Source: Bifidobacteriaceae bacterium (lineage in GTDB: Bacteria > Actinomycetota > Actinomycetes > Actinomycetales > WQXJ01). Taken from it: a DNA stretch of 64,000 bases. The translations under genes and the position numbers were made by a program. The notes under the pieces were generated by a model. The model saw nothing but the letters and a program-made list of their open reading frames with translations, did not search any database and was not told where the DNA came from. Location of the stretch: assembly GCA_031267825.1 (NCBI GenBank), contig JAIRYJ010000015.1:9487-73486 (forward strand). Direction: 5' to 3'. Shown in pieces: positions 8,691-18,079 of this stretch; position 1 is the stretch's first letter, and every line of letters starts with the position of its first letter.

Positions 8691-8742
8691 CAAAAAGAAG
8701 GGGCAACCGGAGATGGTGGTGGTGGTGACTCACGGTTGCCCC
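8691..8742 (-). terminator. Intrinsic terminator downstream of ppdK
   Basis: On the minus strand, GGGGCAACCG (8742-8733) pairs with CGGTTGCCCC (8709-8700) and is followed by TTCTTTTTG. Confidence 0.6.
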
Positions 8743-8885
8743 AGCCTTGGGGGACCGGTTCTCCCGGTCCGATCCATAACTCTGCCTCAGCTTGCCCGCT
8801 ACGTCAAGTGCCTGACCCGTGTCAGACATTTGACGCAGCGGGTGCCGCTCAGCGCCGACTCAACGGACTGTTGTTCGGCGGTCCG

Positions 8886-11603
8886 CTAGGCGGTGCCAGT
8901 GCCTTCCTCAACGGCGACAGCCGCCCGGCCCGCCTCAAGCCGGGCAACTGGGACACGGAACGGCGAGCAAGAAACGTAATCCAATCCGATCTGGTTGAAG
9001 AAGTGGATTGATTCCGGGTCACCGCCGTGTTCGCCGCAGACGCCCAGAGTGATTTCTGGTCGGGTTTGGCGGCCCAACTGGACAGCTTGACGCACCAGCG
9101 AACCGACTCCGGCCTGGTCAATCGTTTCAAAAGGCGAAACCTGGAAAACTCCCAAACCCATGTATTCAGCGAAAAACGAGCCCTCGACATCGTCCCGCGA
9201 AAAACCCCAAGTGGTCTGCGTCAAATCGTTCGTGCCGAAGGAGAAGAACTCCGCCGCCCGGGCGATCTGATCGGCTGTGACGGCCGCCCGCGGCAACTCA
9301 ATCATGCAGCCAATCGGGATCGACAAAACCTCACCTTCGATCTCGGAGACCTCTTTGATGATCCGTTCGGCTTCATCGCGCACTATCTCCAGTTCAACAT
9401 AGGAACCGACCAGCGGGACCATGATCTCTGGTTGCGGGTCGTGACCCTGACGGATCAACTGGGCGGCGGCTTGGGCGATAGCCCGGACTTGAAGAGCGAA
9501 CAGACCAGGAACTGTCAACCCGAGACGAACACCGCGCAACCCGAGCATCGGGTTGGCTTCATGTGAACGTTCAACGGCGGCCAACAGTGTGGCCTCCTCC
9601 TCGGTGACAGCCTCACCGGCCGCCTCACGCCGGGCGATCGAAACTGACAAAGCCGTCAGATCAGGCAGGAACTCATGCAGTGGCGGGTCAATCAAGCGGA
9701 CCGTGGTGTGCAAGCCGTCCATGGCGGTGAACAGTTCAATGAAATCCTGGCGTTGCAACGGCAGCAAGGCGTCAAGCGCCGCGGTCCGTTCAGCTGGGTT
9801 CTGGGCCAGGATCAGCCGCTCAATCAGTTTGCGCCTATCTCCCAGGAACTGGTGTTCAGTGCGGCACAGGCCGACGCCCTGAGCCCCTAGGCGCCTGGCA
9901 CGGTCAGCGTCCTCGCCGGTGTCAGCGTTGGCCCGGACCTTCAACCGGCGGACAGAATCAGCGTGGGCCAAGACCCGATGTACCGCCATGACCAGTTCAG
10001 CGGCGGAGGCGTTGTCACCAACCGTCGCTAAAGCCTTATCTAGGCCTTCATCGAGATACTCGAAGACTGGTGACGCCACGACCGGCACGTTACCGAGGAA
10101 AACCTCACCGGTTGAACCGTCAATCGCGATCACATCACCCTCAGCCACAGTGGTGTTCCCAACCCGGAACAGCCGGGCCGTTGGGTCCACTTCCAAGGCG
10201 TCCGCGCCGACCACACAAGTTGTTCCCATTCCCCGGGCGACCACCGCGGCATGGGATGTTTTACCGCCACGGGCGGTCAAAATACCGACCGAGGCGATCA
10301 TTCCACCAAGGTCATCTGGGTTGGTTTCGCGCCGCACCAAGATGACCGTCCGGCCTTGTGCCTTCCACTGCTGGGCTGTCGGCGAATCGAACACCGCTTG
10401 GCCAACCGCCGCACCCGGTGAGGCCGCCATCGCTTTGGTCAGGCGGGTTTTGGGGGCCTTCGGGTCAAACTGCGGGAACATCAAGTTGTTTAGTTGATCT
10501 CCGGTCACCCGGTCCAAAGCCGTGTCGAGTGTGATCAGGCCTTCGTCAACTAGTTGGACAGCGATTTTGAACGCGGCGGCGGCGGTCCGCTTACCGACCC
10601 GGGTTTGGAGCATCCAAAGTTTGCCCCGTTCCACTGTGAATTCAATATCGCACAGGTCACGGTAATGGTTTTCGAGGGTTTTCATGATGCGGCGCAGTTC
10701 GCTGTAACTTTCAGCGTCGATCTTCGCCATGTCCTCAAGCGACAAGGTGTTACGGATACCCGCCACGACATCCTCGCCTTGGGCGTTCGGCAAATAATCG
10801 CCGTAGGCTCCGGGATGGCCTGAGGCCGGGTTGCGGGTGAAAGCCACCCCAGTGCCCGAATCTGGCCCGAGGTTACCGAACACCATCGACTGGACGTTGA
10901 CAGCGGTGCCAAGCTCGTCCGAGATCCGTTCACGCCGCCGGTAAAGGCGAGCCCGTTCGGTGTTCCATGAGTTGAACACCGCCACCACGGCGGCGTCGAC
11001 TTGCTGGCGTGGGTCCTGCGGGAAAGGTTCGCCGGTTTGTTCCAGGACGATCGCTTTGAAGCGGTCTACCAGGTCTTTTAGGTCTTCCGCTGTCAGGTCT
11101 ACGTCCGATGCCGCCCCGACGGCTTCCTTCTTAGCGTCAAGTTGGGCGGCGAATAGGTCGCCGTCGATCCCCAGGACTGTCTTGCCGAACATTTGGATGA
11201 GGCGGCGGTATGAATCCCAAGCGAACCGCTCATCGTGGGCGAATTCCGCCAAGCCGAGGACTGATTTGTCGTTCAAGCCAACGTTCAGGACGGTTTCCAT
11301 CATCCCGGGCATTGAGAACTTAGCGCCGGAACGAACTGAGACCAGCAGCGGTTCGCTGTCGCCTCCCAGTTGGCGGCCGAAGGTTTGTTCTAGCTGGGTG
11401 ATGGCGGAACTGACTTGGTCAGCTAGCTCCTCCGGGTTAGAACCGTGATGCATGTAGTAACGGCAAGCCTCGGTGGTGATTGTGAAACCAGGTGGGACCG
11501 GTAAGCCGAGACCGGTCATCTCGCCTAGATTCGCTCCCTTCCCGCCGAGCAGATCTTTTAGATCTTTGTTGCCTTCAGTGAAGTTGTAGACGTACTTGGG
11601 CAC
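8886..11603 (-). CDS. ppdK: Pyruvate, phosphate dikinase
   Basis: 905 aa. It has the N-terminus MPKYVYNF..GGKGANLGEM, the phosphohistidine loop RGGKTSHAAVVARGMG and the C-terminal PEP-utilising motif GVCGEHGGDPESI. Confidence 0.95.
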   Translation of the reverse strand: MPKYVYNFTEGNKDLKDLLGGKGANLGEMTGLGLPVPPGFTITTEACRYYMHHGSNPEELADQVSSAITQLEQTFGRQLGGDSEPLLVSVRSGAKFSMPGMMETVLNVGLNDKSVLGLAEFAHDERFAWDSYRRLIQMFGKTVLGIDGDLFAAQLDAKKEAVGAASDVDLTAEDLKDLVDRFKAIVLEQTGEPFPQDPRQQVDAAVVAVFNSWNTERARLYRRRERISDELGTAVNVQSMVFGNLGPDSGTGVAFTRNPASGHPGAYGDYLPNAQGEDVVAGIRNTLSLEDMAKIDAESYSELRRIMKTLENHYRDLCDIEFTVERGKLWMLQTRVGKRTAAAAFKIAVQLVDEGLITLDTALDRVTGDQLNNLMFPQFDPKAPKTRLTKAMAASPGAAVGQAVFDSPTAQQWKAQGRTVILVRRETNPDDLGGMIASVGILTARGGKTSHAAVVARGMGTTCVVGADALEVDPTARLFRVGNTTVAEGDVIAIDGSTGEVFLGNVPVVASPVFEYLDEGLDKALATVGDNASAAELVMAVHRVLAHADSVRRLKVRANADTGEDADRARRLGAQGVGLCRTEHQFLGDRRKLIERLILAQNPAERTAALDALLPLQRQDFIELFTAMDGLHTTVRLIDPPLHEFLPDLTALSVSIARREAAGEAVTEEEATLLAAVERSHEANPMLGLRGVRLGLTVPGLFALQVRAIAQAAAQLIRQGHDPQPEIMVPLVGSYVELEIVRDEAERIIKEVSEIEGEVLSIPIGCMIELPRAAVTADQIARAAEFFSFGTNDLTQTTWGFSRDDVEGSFFAEYMGLGVFQVSPFETIDQAGVGSLVRQAVQLGRQTRPEITLGVCGEHGGDPESIHFFNQIGLDYVSCSPFRVPVARLEAGRAAVAVEEGTGTA

Positions 11604-11700
11604 TTGTAAACCCTCCTGGAACGGCGACTATGGACCCGCGGTCGCGGCTCACTAAAGCTTAGTGCCACGTTCAAGCCCAGCCTTGTGATCCCGCCAGGAC

Positions 11701-11838
11701 GGTCTGGGCTGGGCCGGTTGCGGGCCGGGCCGGTCTGGGCGGGGCCGGTTGCGGGCTGGGGCCGGTCTGGGCGGGGGCCGATTCTGAGTCGGAATGGGTC
11801 TGGGGACGGGCCGGGGCTGATTTTGAGCCGGAATGAGC
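11701..11838. repeat. Degenerate tandem repeat, about 4 units of 31-33 nt (GGTCTGGGC.GGGCCGGTTGCGGGC..)
   Basis: Units start at 11701, 11732, 11764 and 11797. The repeat is intergenic between ppdK and hppA. The Pro-rich minus-strand ORFs across it are translation artefacts. Confidence 0.8.
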
Positions 11839-11959
11839 CTGAAGCGCAAAGTGTCCCACTCTAAGGATCTGGGACTGTTGGCGCCGGCCTTGGCCGGACT
11901 ACGCGTCTACGCTCTATTGCTGGAGTTCTGGGCGCTCCAGCTCAAGCGGCCGCCGTCAC

Positions 11960-12105
11960 GGAGGGTGTCAACAACACCTTCCAACCGTGTTGAGGCGGGC
12001 CAGTGCATAGTGCTGACCAGCGGAAACGCGGAAACCAGGCGTAGGCGCGGGACCTGCCAAGACAGTTTGGTGACCTAGGAGCCTGTTATCCGACGGGCCC
12101 ATAGG
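11960..12105. repeat. Dispersed modular palindromic element, degenerate copy (modules A, B, C)
   Basis: Module A is ggagggtgtcaacaacaccttcc. Module B (reverse-complemented) is ccgtgttga...accagcggaaacgcgg. Module C is cctaggagcctgttatccgacgggcccatagg. The same modules occur at 30848-31100, 47510-47612, 49973-50191 and 56385-56650. Confidence 0.75.
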
Positions 12106-12282
12106 ATGTCCCCCAACCACTTGTCGCCACGTCTTGCCTGCTCACGCTGTCGCGTGAGCGGCCGGACCGGAGGCGACTGGCGGGCGGTCCCTTGGAGCCG
12201 TGGTCTTGACCACGGCCCTGGTGTCGGCGACCGCTGAGAAGGTAGCCCCAGATTCGTTGCACAATTAGGTCCGGAGGTCACC

Positions 12283-14712
12283 ATGAACTTCACGTTATCC
12301 GCTGCCGAAACACCCGGCGGTGAAGCCAACTTGAGGCTGCCGGACATCGCCTCGGTCGTGGCCGGGCCTTTTTCTGGACGGGTTGTGCTGCTGATCGGTT
12401 TGGCTGTCTGCCTGGCAGGGCTCGGCTTTGGCGCCTGGACTTACCTCCGGCTGAAGGCCCTGCCAGCTCATCCTTCAATGCTGCGGGTCTCCGAACTGAT
12501 TTTCGCGACCTGCAAGACTTACCTGCTGCGCCAGGGACGGTTCCTCTTAGTCCTGTGGACCTTTATCGCCGCGGTCATCGTGGTCTACTACAAGCTGGCC
12601 GTCCAGTTCAGCTGGGGCCGGGTAGCCATCATCATCATGTTCTCGCTTGTCGGCATGGCCGGATCCTTCTCTGTCGCCTGGTTCGGCATCAGAGTCAACA
12701 CCTTCGCTAACTCGCGCACCGCCCATGCCGCTCTGTCTGGTAAACCTTGGCCAGTCCACGCCATACCGATGCGCTCCGGTATGGCGATCGGCATGGTGCT
12801 GATCTCCCTTGAACTGCTTTTGATGCTGGTCATCCTGCTTTTCCTACCCGGTGACATAGCTGGTTCGTGTTTCATTGGTTTCGCTGTCGGGGAATCACTC
12901 GGAGCCTCCGCCTTACGCATCGCTGGCGGGATTTTCACCAAGATCGCCGACATTGGCTCCGATCTGATGAAGATTGTTTTCAAGATTGATGAAGATGATC
13001 CACGCAACCCTGGCACCATCGCTGACTGCACTGGCGACAACGCCGGTGATTCAGTTGGCCCGTCAGCCGACGGCTTCGAAACTTACGGTGTCACAGGCGT
13101 GGCCCTGGTTACTTTCATCCTGTTAGGCGTACCACACCCTGAAACCCAGGCGATCCTCCTGGTCTGGATTTTCACTGTCCGGGCGGTCATGTTGATCGCC
13201 TCAGTGGTGAGCTACTTTGTCAACGAGTTCGCCGCTAAACGCATCCTGGCGGGCAAAGTTGATTTTGATTTTGAAACTCCGCTGACCTCACTGGTTTGGG
13301 TGACATCACTGGTGTCAATCAGTTTGACGTTCTTGACGACTCACTTCATGCTGCAAGATTTGGGAGGCGGACTGTGGTGGAAACTTGGTCTGATCATCTC
13401 CTTTGGCACTCTAGCTGGCGCCCTGATCCCTGAACTGGTCAAAGTTTTCACCTCGACCAAAGCCCGCCACACCCGCGAGGTGGTGACATCTTCACGTGAG
13501 GGTGGCGCCTCACTGAATATCCTGTCCGGTCTAATCGCGGGCAACTTTTCGGCTTACTGGCTGGGCATAGCGATCGTTGGGCTGATGGGCGGCGCCTATT
13601 TGATCTCAACCATGGATCTGGCTGAAGGACTGCTTGGCCTGCCGGCTAACAGCTCAATCCTGGCCACAGCGGCTCCTTCTGTTTTCGCTTTCGGTTTGGT
13701 CGCCTTCGGTTTTCTTGGCATGGGGCCAGTCACCATCGCGGTCGATTCTTACGGCCCTGTGACAGACAACGCCCAATCGGTTTTCGAGTTGTCCCAGATT
13801 GAGTCCGTCCCCCAGGTTGACCAAGACTTGGGATTCAGCCCGGCTTGGGGACCGGCCAAGCTGATGCTGGAGGAGAACGATGGCGCCGGTAATACTTTCA
13901 AGGCGACAGCCAAGCCGGTCTTGATCGGCACCGCTGTGGTGGGTGCGACAACCATGATTTTCTCGATCATCATGGCGTTGACCGACTCACTGTCAAGCGG
14001 CGTTGAGAAACTGTCGTTAGTTCATCCGCCTTTCCTGCTTGGGCTGATCCTTGGTGGCGCTGTCATCTACTGGTTCACTGGCGCCTCCGCCCAAGCGGTC
14101 ACAACCGGCGCTTACCGGGCTGTCGAGTACATCAAGTCTCACATTGACCTTGGCAGCAGCGCTGCCGCCTCAGAGAAGGATTCACGCCGAGTAGTTGAAA
14201 TCTGCACCCAGTACGCCCAGCAAGGCATGCTAACCATCTTCTTGGCGATCTTCTTCGCCACTTTGGCTTTCGCTTTTGTTGAGCCTTATCTGTTCATCGG
14301 TTACCTCATTTCGATCGCCTTGTTCGGTCTTTATCAGGCGATTTTCATGGCTAACGCGGGTGGCGCCTGGGACAACGCCAAGAAGATCGTTGAGGTCGAT
14401 TTGCACCAGAAGGGAACCGCTTTGCATGACGCCACCGTTATTGGTGACACTGTCGGTGACCCCTTCAAAGACACTTCTTCAGTGGCGCTGAATCCGGTGA
14501 TCAAGTTCACCACCCTGTTCGGTTTGCTGGCTGTGGAACTCGCCGCCATGCTGACCAGCCGCGGCTGGGGTTCTTTGGTGCATCTTCTAGCTGGCGTGCT
14601 ATTCCTGGCCAGCACCGTTTTTGTGTGGCGCAGCTTCTACGCCATGCGGATCAACTTGAAAGCTGATCCACTCTTAGCTGAAGCTGTGGCTGAAGCTGAC
14701 CTGCCATCCTGA
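12283..14712 (+). CDS. hppA: Membrane-bound proton-translocating pyrophosphatase
   Basis: An 809-aa polytopic protein with the motifs CTGDNAGDSVGPSADGFETY and GDTVGDPFKDTSS. A GGAGG Shine-Dalgarno sequence lies 6 nt upstream of the ATG. Confidence 0.93.
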   Translation: MNFTLSAAETPGGEANLRLPDIASVVAGPFSGRVVLLIGLAVCLAGLGFGAWTYLRLKALPAHPSMLRVSELIFATCKTYLLRQGRFLLVLWTFIAAVIVVYYKLAVQFSWGRVAIIIMFSLVGMAGSFSVAWFGIRVNTFANSRTAHAALSGKPWPVHAIPMRSGMAIGMVLISLELLLMLVILLFLPGDIAGSCFIGFAVGESLGASALRIAGGIFTKIADIGSDLMKIVFKIDEDDPRNPGTIADCTGDNAGDSVGPSADGFETYGVTGVALVTFILLGVPHPETQAILLVWIFTVRAVMLIASVVSYFVNEFAAKRILAGKVDFDFETPLTSLVWVTSLVSISLTFLTTHFMLQDLGGGLWWKLGLIISFGTLAGALIPELVKVFTSTKARHTREVVTSSREGGASLNILSGLIAGNFSAYWLGIAIVGLMGGAYLISTMDLAEGLLGLPANSSILATAAPSVFAFGLVAFGFLGMGPVTIAVDSYGPVTDNAQSVFELSQIESVPQVDQDLGFSPAWGPAKLMLEENDGAGNTFKATAKPVLIGTAVVGATTMIFSIIMALTDSLSSGVEKLSLVHPPFLLGLILGGAVIYWFTGASAQAVTTGAYRAVEYIKSHIDLGSSAAASEKDSRRVVEICTQYAQQGMLTIFLAIFFATLAFAFVEPYLFIGYLISIALFGLYQAIFMANAGGAWDNAKKIVEVDLHQKGTALHDATVIGDTVGDPFKDTSSVALNPVIKFTTLFGLLAVELAAMLTSRGWGSLVHLLAGVLFLASTVFVWRSFYAMRINLKADPLLAEAVAEADLPS

Positions 14713-14789
14713 GCTAACCGACCAGTCCGGCTGGCCTGACCCGCCATCCTGGGGCGGCCGGACGGAATCGGCGTCCTGCGCGGTCAGTT

Positions 14790-16379
14790 CTAAGTCGCAT
14801 CCCAAGGCCGCGGCCTGGAACCAGCTTCATCAAGCCAAGACAAGTCATCCTCGGCCGCTTGTTGGCTGGCTGCCCGGGCCGCCGCCCTGGTGCCGACGCC
14901 CGGCGACGCGGCTAACGGCCACGGCGGAGTCTGGGCCCGGGGGATCTTGTCCGCCAAGCTCGACCGGCCCGTCCTGGCTGTTGGCGCTGGTGTCTCAGGC
15001 TGGCCCCAGGGCCGTGGCACGCCATCGGCCGGAATACGTGCCCGTGGCAGCTTGTCCGCCACCGACTCAACCTGACCAATCCGGTGCGGACGGCGGATGG
15101 GCAGCTCACCGGTCGATACTCCTTCAACTCCCGGACCGTGCGGCATGAAAGCGACTGGTTTAGCGACCGTATCCGGCCGGGTTGAAACCACTCGCTCGGC
15201 TGACCGTTGCCTGGCGACCCGTAACGGCCGGTAGGCGGCTTCACCACCGTTGCTCATGTCCCGCCCAGAAGGCCGTGTCTTGGCCGGATCGGCCGGTGGT
15301 CCAGCCACCCAGGGGATCGGCTTGGGGCGGTCCGGTTCAGGCACACCGGCCCACGAACCGTCACCCGGTCCAGCTTCCTGGCTGGTCGGCTCGTCACCGC
15401 CAGGCCGGCCCGAACGGCGCCGAACCGATTCAGGGAACTCACTTAGCAGTGGCGGGCGCGGCCCGGTGACACTGTCACGCCTGATGGGGATACGGCTGGG
15501 CGGCACAGCCCGCTTAGGGCCAGCCGCCATCAGCGGGGAAGCTGGTTCTGGTGGGACCAGATGCCGTGGTGGGCGCCTGGATCCGGCTGGCGGGGCGCCA
15601 CGTGACATGTCCGGTGGTGGTGCCCCTTCGGACCGGCGGCCCGGTTGGCGGACCCGCCCAGCGGTGACCGCCAACGGTGACACCGGCCCGCCTGACTGGC
15701 TCGCGGCGCCTAGGGCGGGTGGTGGTTCAGGCGCCAAACCACCCTCTGGGCGGCCCGGCCGCCACGGCGTATTGGGTTTTTCCTGAGTCGGCCGCCGGTC
15801 AGACGTATCCGGCGCGGCGGCATCGCCCTGCGGGTCCGTCCGGCCGCGTAGCCGCCGCTGGTGCAGGCCCATGACGAAGATGGCGGCCCCGAGGACCACC
15901 ACTAAGACGGACAGCACAATAATGACGGACACGCCGTGCTGGTCCGCCCAGTCGACTGCAAAACCTAGCTTGGGTATGCGATACATGTAGATGCCCATAA
16001 CGTCGCTCTCTGCCACAGTGAGCTTATCGGGTTCGGCCGCCGCGTTGGCACGTGTGATTAAGTGCCGACCGGAGGCCGTTGTGGTCTCGCCGGAGACCCA
16101 GCGGATTCGAAGTGCCGACCGGCTGCCGTCGGCTGAGAAGGCGATGATCTGGCCGACCTGTATGTCGGCCGGATCACCGACACCTTTGGTCACCACCAGA
16201 TCACCTGGGTTGATCACCGGGGACATGGCTGAGTTCTTGACGCTCAACGACTGGCCGCCAGCCAGCATGGGGACCGCTGCCACCGCCACAGCTAATCCGA
16301 TCAGCGCGACTATCAGGACGCTGGTCAAGGCGGCGAAATACCCGCCAAGGGCCCTGCCCTGCTTGTCCTGCGCTGTCAC
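14790..16379 (-). CDS. S26-family (SipW-like) signal peptidase I with long Pro-rich C-terminal extension
   Basis: An N-terminal TM segment is followed by the catalytic-Ser context NSAMSPVINPGDLVV, then HLITRANAAAEPD and IPKLGF, then a second TM segment. After that come about 345 aa of P/R/G-rich low-complexity sequence. Confidence 0.7.
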   Translation of the reverse strand: MTAQDKQGRALGGYFAALTSVLIVALIGLAVAVAAVPMLAGGQSLSVKNSAMSPVINPGDLVVTKGVGDPADIQVGQIIAFSADGSRSALRIRWVSGETTTASGRHLITRANAAAEPDKLTVAESDVMGIYMYRIPKLGFAVDWADQHGVSVIIVLSVLVVVLGAAIFVMGLHQRRLRGRTDPQGDAAAPDTSDRRPTQEKPNTPWRPGRPEGGLAPEPPPALGAASQSGGPVSPLAVTAGRVRQPGRRSEGAPPPDMSRGAPPAGSRRPPRHLVPPEPASPLMAAGPKRAVPPSRIPIRRDSVTGPRPPLLSEFPESVRRRSGRPGGDEPTSQEAGPGDGSWAGVPEPDRPKPIPWVAGPPADPAKTRPSGRDMSNGGEAAYRPLRVARQRSAERVVSTRPDTVAKPVAFMPHGPGVEGVSTGELPIRRPHRIGQVESVADKLPRARIPADGVPRPWGQPETPAPTARTGRSSLADKIPRAQTPPWPLAASPGVGTRAAARAASQQAAEDDLSWLDEAGSRPRPWDAT

Positions 16380-16521
16380 CAGAGATCCTCGATTCGTCTG
16401 TTGGCCGGAGGGTCAGCCAGCGAGTCCTCCGAACCTAGGCGGCGCCGCGGCGCCGCTCGCCATGTGCCTACCTGAATTGGCCATTGGCACGTTAAAGGAT
16501 AGAGTCACCGCCGCCCTATGG

Positions 16522-18069
16522 TCAGCAGGTCAAACCTTCCGCTGGCACCGTGCCCTCCAATAGGTAACGTTCAACGGCCTGATTGACGCATTGGTTGGAC
16601 CTGCCATAGGCGGTGTGCCCCTCACCTTGGTAAGTGATTAGGACAGCCGATTCAAGCTGCTGAGCTAAGGCAACAGCTCCTTGGTAGGGCGTGGCCGGGT
16701 CACCAGTGGTGCCAATAATGAGTATTGGGTCGGCGCCTGGGGCCGATGCGCCGTGAGGTGCACCTTTTTGCGGATACGGCCAAACCGCGCATAGCTGTTC
16801 GGAGTAAGCCCAGAATTCGCCCATAGTCGGAGAGGCTTCAGCCAGTGCGGCCGCGTGAGCCTCAGCCGCCGCCGGATCGGCCGGCGGCCGGCCATCAAGG
16901 CAGTTGATAGCGATGAAGGCTTCCATCTGGTTGGAGCCATAGGAACCGCCTAACCGGTCCATGTACATGTCAGACAGCCTCAGCAAGCCGGTTCCGTCGT
17001 CGTAGCTGATGGCTCCTTCAAGCGCCTGGGAGGCCAGCAGCCAGGTCGAGTCGTCATACATTGTGACAACAATCCCGTTGATCGCCAGCGGCAGTGTTAG
17101 TTTGCGCCCGTCAGGGGAGCCGGCCTCCATCGGCTTGGCTTCGATTTGAGCCAAGAGCTGATGAATCTGGTCCAGGGCGGCCTGCTTTGAGCCTCTGAAC
17201 GGGCAGGCCTGTTTACCTATGCAGTCAGACAAGTAAGCGTTCAAAGCCGCCTCAAACCCGCGAGCTTGTTCCACTTCTTGAGTGTCGGAAGGCAATGATG
17301 GATCAATCGCGCCGTCCAGAACTAGGCGGCCAACCCGGTCAGGGAACAGTTCGGCGTAGGTTGTGCCGAGGAAAGATCCGTATGAGTAACCGAGCAGGTT
17401 TAGGCGCTCATCACCCAGCAGGTGGCGTAACAGGTCAAGGTCTTTGGCGGCCGACGCGGTGTCAACTTGGCCCAGCAATGGTCCGGTGTTGTCAGCACAG
17501 GCCTGAGCGAACGGTTCCACCACTGACACCGAATCGGCGTAGCCGTCAAGTGTTTTTGGCCAGCTAGCGGCGAAGAAGCGGTCAAGTTCAGCGGTTGTTT
17601 GATAGCAGGTGACAGGGGTTGATTCGCCCACCCCGCGGGGGTCAAAACTAACCACGTCATAAGCCGCTCTGACATCCGGGCCGATCAAGCTAATGGCGTT
17701 CGGTAAGAAAGAAAGCCCAGAAGCACCCGGTCCGCCCGGGTTGACTAGAAGTGAACCGAGACGGGCGGTGCCTCCGGTGGCTTTGACACGGGCTAAAGCC
17801 AGTTCGATGCCCGGCCCGGTTGGGTCATCCCAGTCGAGTGGCGCCACCACTGTGGCGCATTCGGTGTCTTTAGCCAATGTGCAGCGTTCCCAGAAGATTT
17901 CCTGTGCCCAGACATCATCGACTTGCGGTCTGGTGGTGCGTCCCGGTGAAGGTGACGGCGGGTCGGTTGGGTCAACCGCTTGAGGCTGGGTGCACCCAGC
18001 TAGAACGATCACAGCGCCGATCGCGGCGGCCGCCAAGCCCATCCAGTGGGTGGAGTTGCTTCTTGTCAC
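16522..18069 (-). CDS. Secreted alpha/beta hydrolase, tripeptidyl aminopeptidase (Tap/S33)-like lipoprotein
   Basis: Lipobox VLAGC and nucleophile elbow GYSYGS, with the length and architecture typical of Streptomyces Tap-like peptidases. Confidence 0.75.
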   Translation of the reverse strand: MTRSNSTHWMGLAAAAIGAVIVLAGCTQPQAVDPTDPPSPSPGRTTRPQVDDVWAQEIFWERCTLAKDTECATVVAPLDWDDPTGPGIELALARVKATGGTARLGSLLVNPGGPGASGLSFLPNAISLIGPDVRAAYDVVSFDPRGVGESTPVTCYQTTAELDRFFAASWPKTLDGYADSVSVVEPFAQACADNTGPLLGQVDTASAAKDLDLLRHLLGDERLNLLGYSYGSFLGTTYAELFPDRVGRLVLDGAIDPSLPSDTQEVEQARGFEAALNAYLSDCIGKQACPFRGSKQAALDQIHQLLAQIEAKPMEAGSPDGRKLTLPLAINGIVVTMYDDSTWLLASQALEGAISYDDGTGLLRLSDMYMDRLGGSYGSNQMEAFIAINCLDGRPPADPAAAEAHAAALAEASPTMGEFWAYSEQLCAVWPYPQKGAPHGASAPGADPILIIGTTGDPATPYQGAVALAQQLESAVLITYQGEGHTAYGRSNQCVNQAVERYLLEGTVPAEGLTC

Positions 18070-18079
18070 TGTCTCACTC

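Noticed and set aside
8548-8829. Minus-strand ORF containing a run of five His codons (VSHHHHHLRL), considered as a possible His-rich or metal-related leader peptide upstream of feoA.
   Set aside because: The His codons form the loop of the ppdK terminator hairpin (8700-8742) and the rest is low-complexity. The ORF has no start context, and the terminator reading explains the sequence better.
11652-11859. Two overlapping Pro-rich minus-strand ORFs (65 and 62 aa).
   Set aside because: They are translations of the 31-33-nt G-rich tandem repeat. The periodic peptide simply reflects the DNA repeat.
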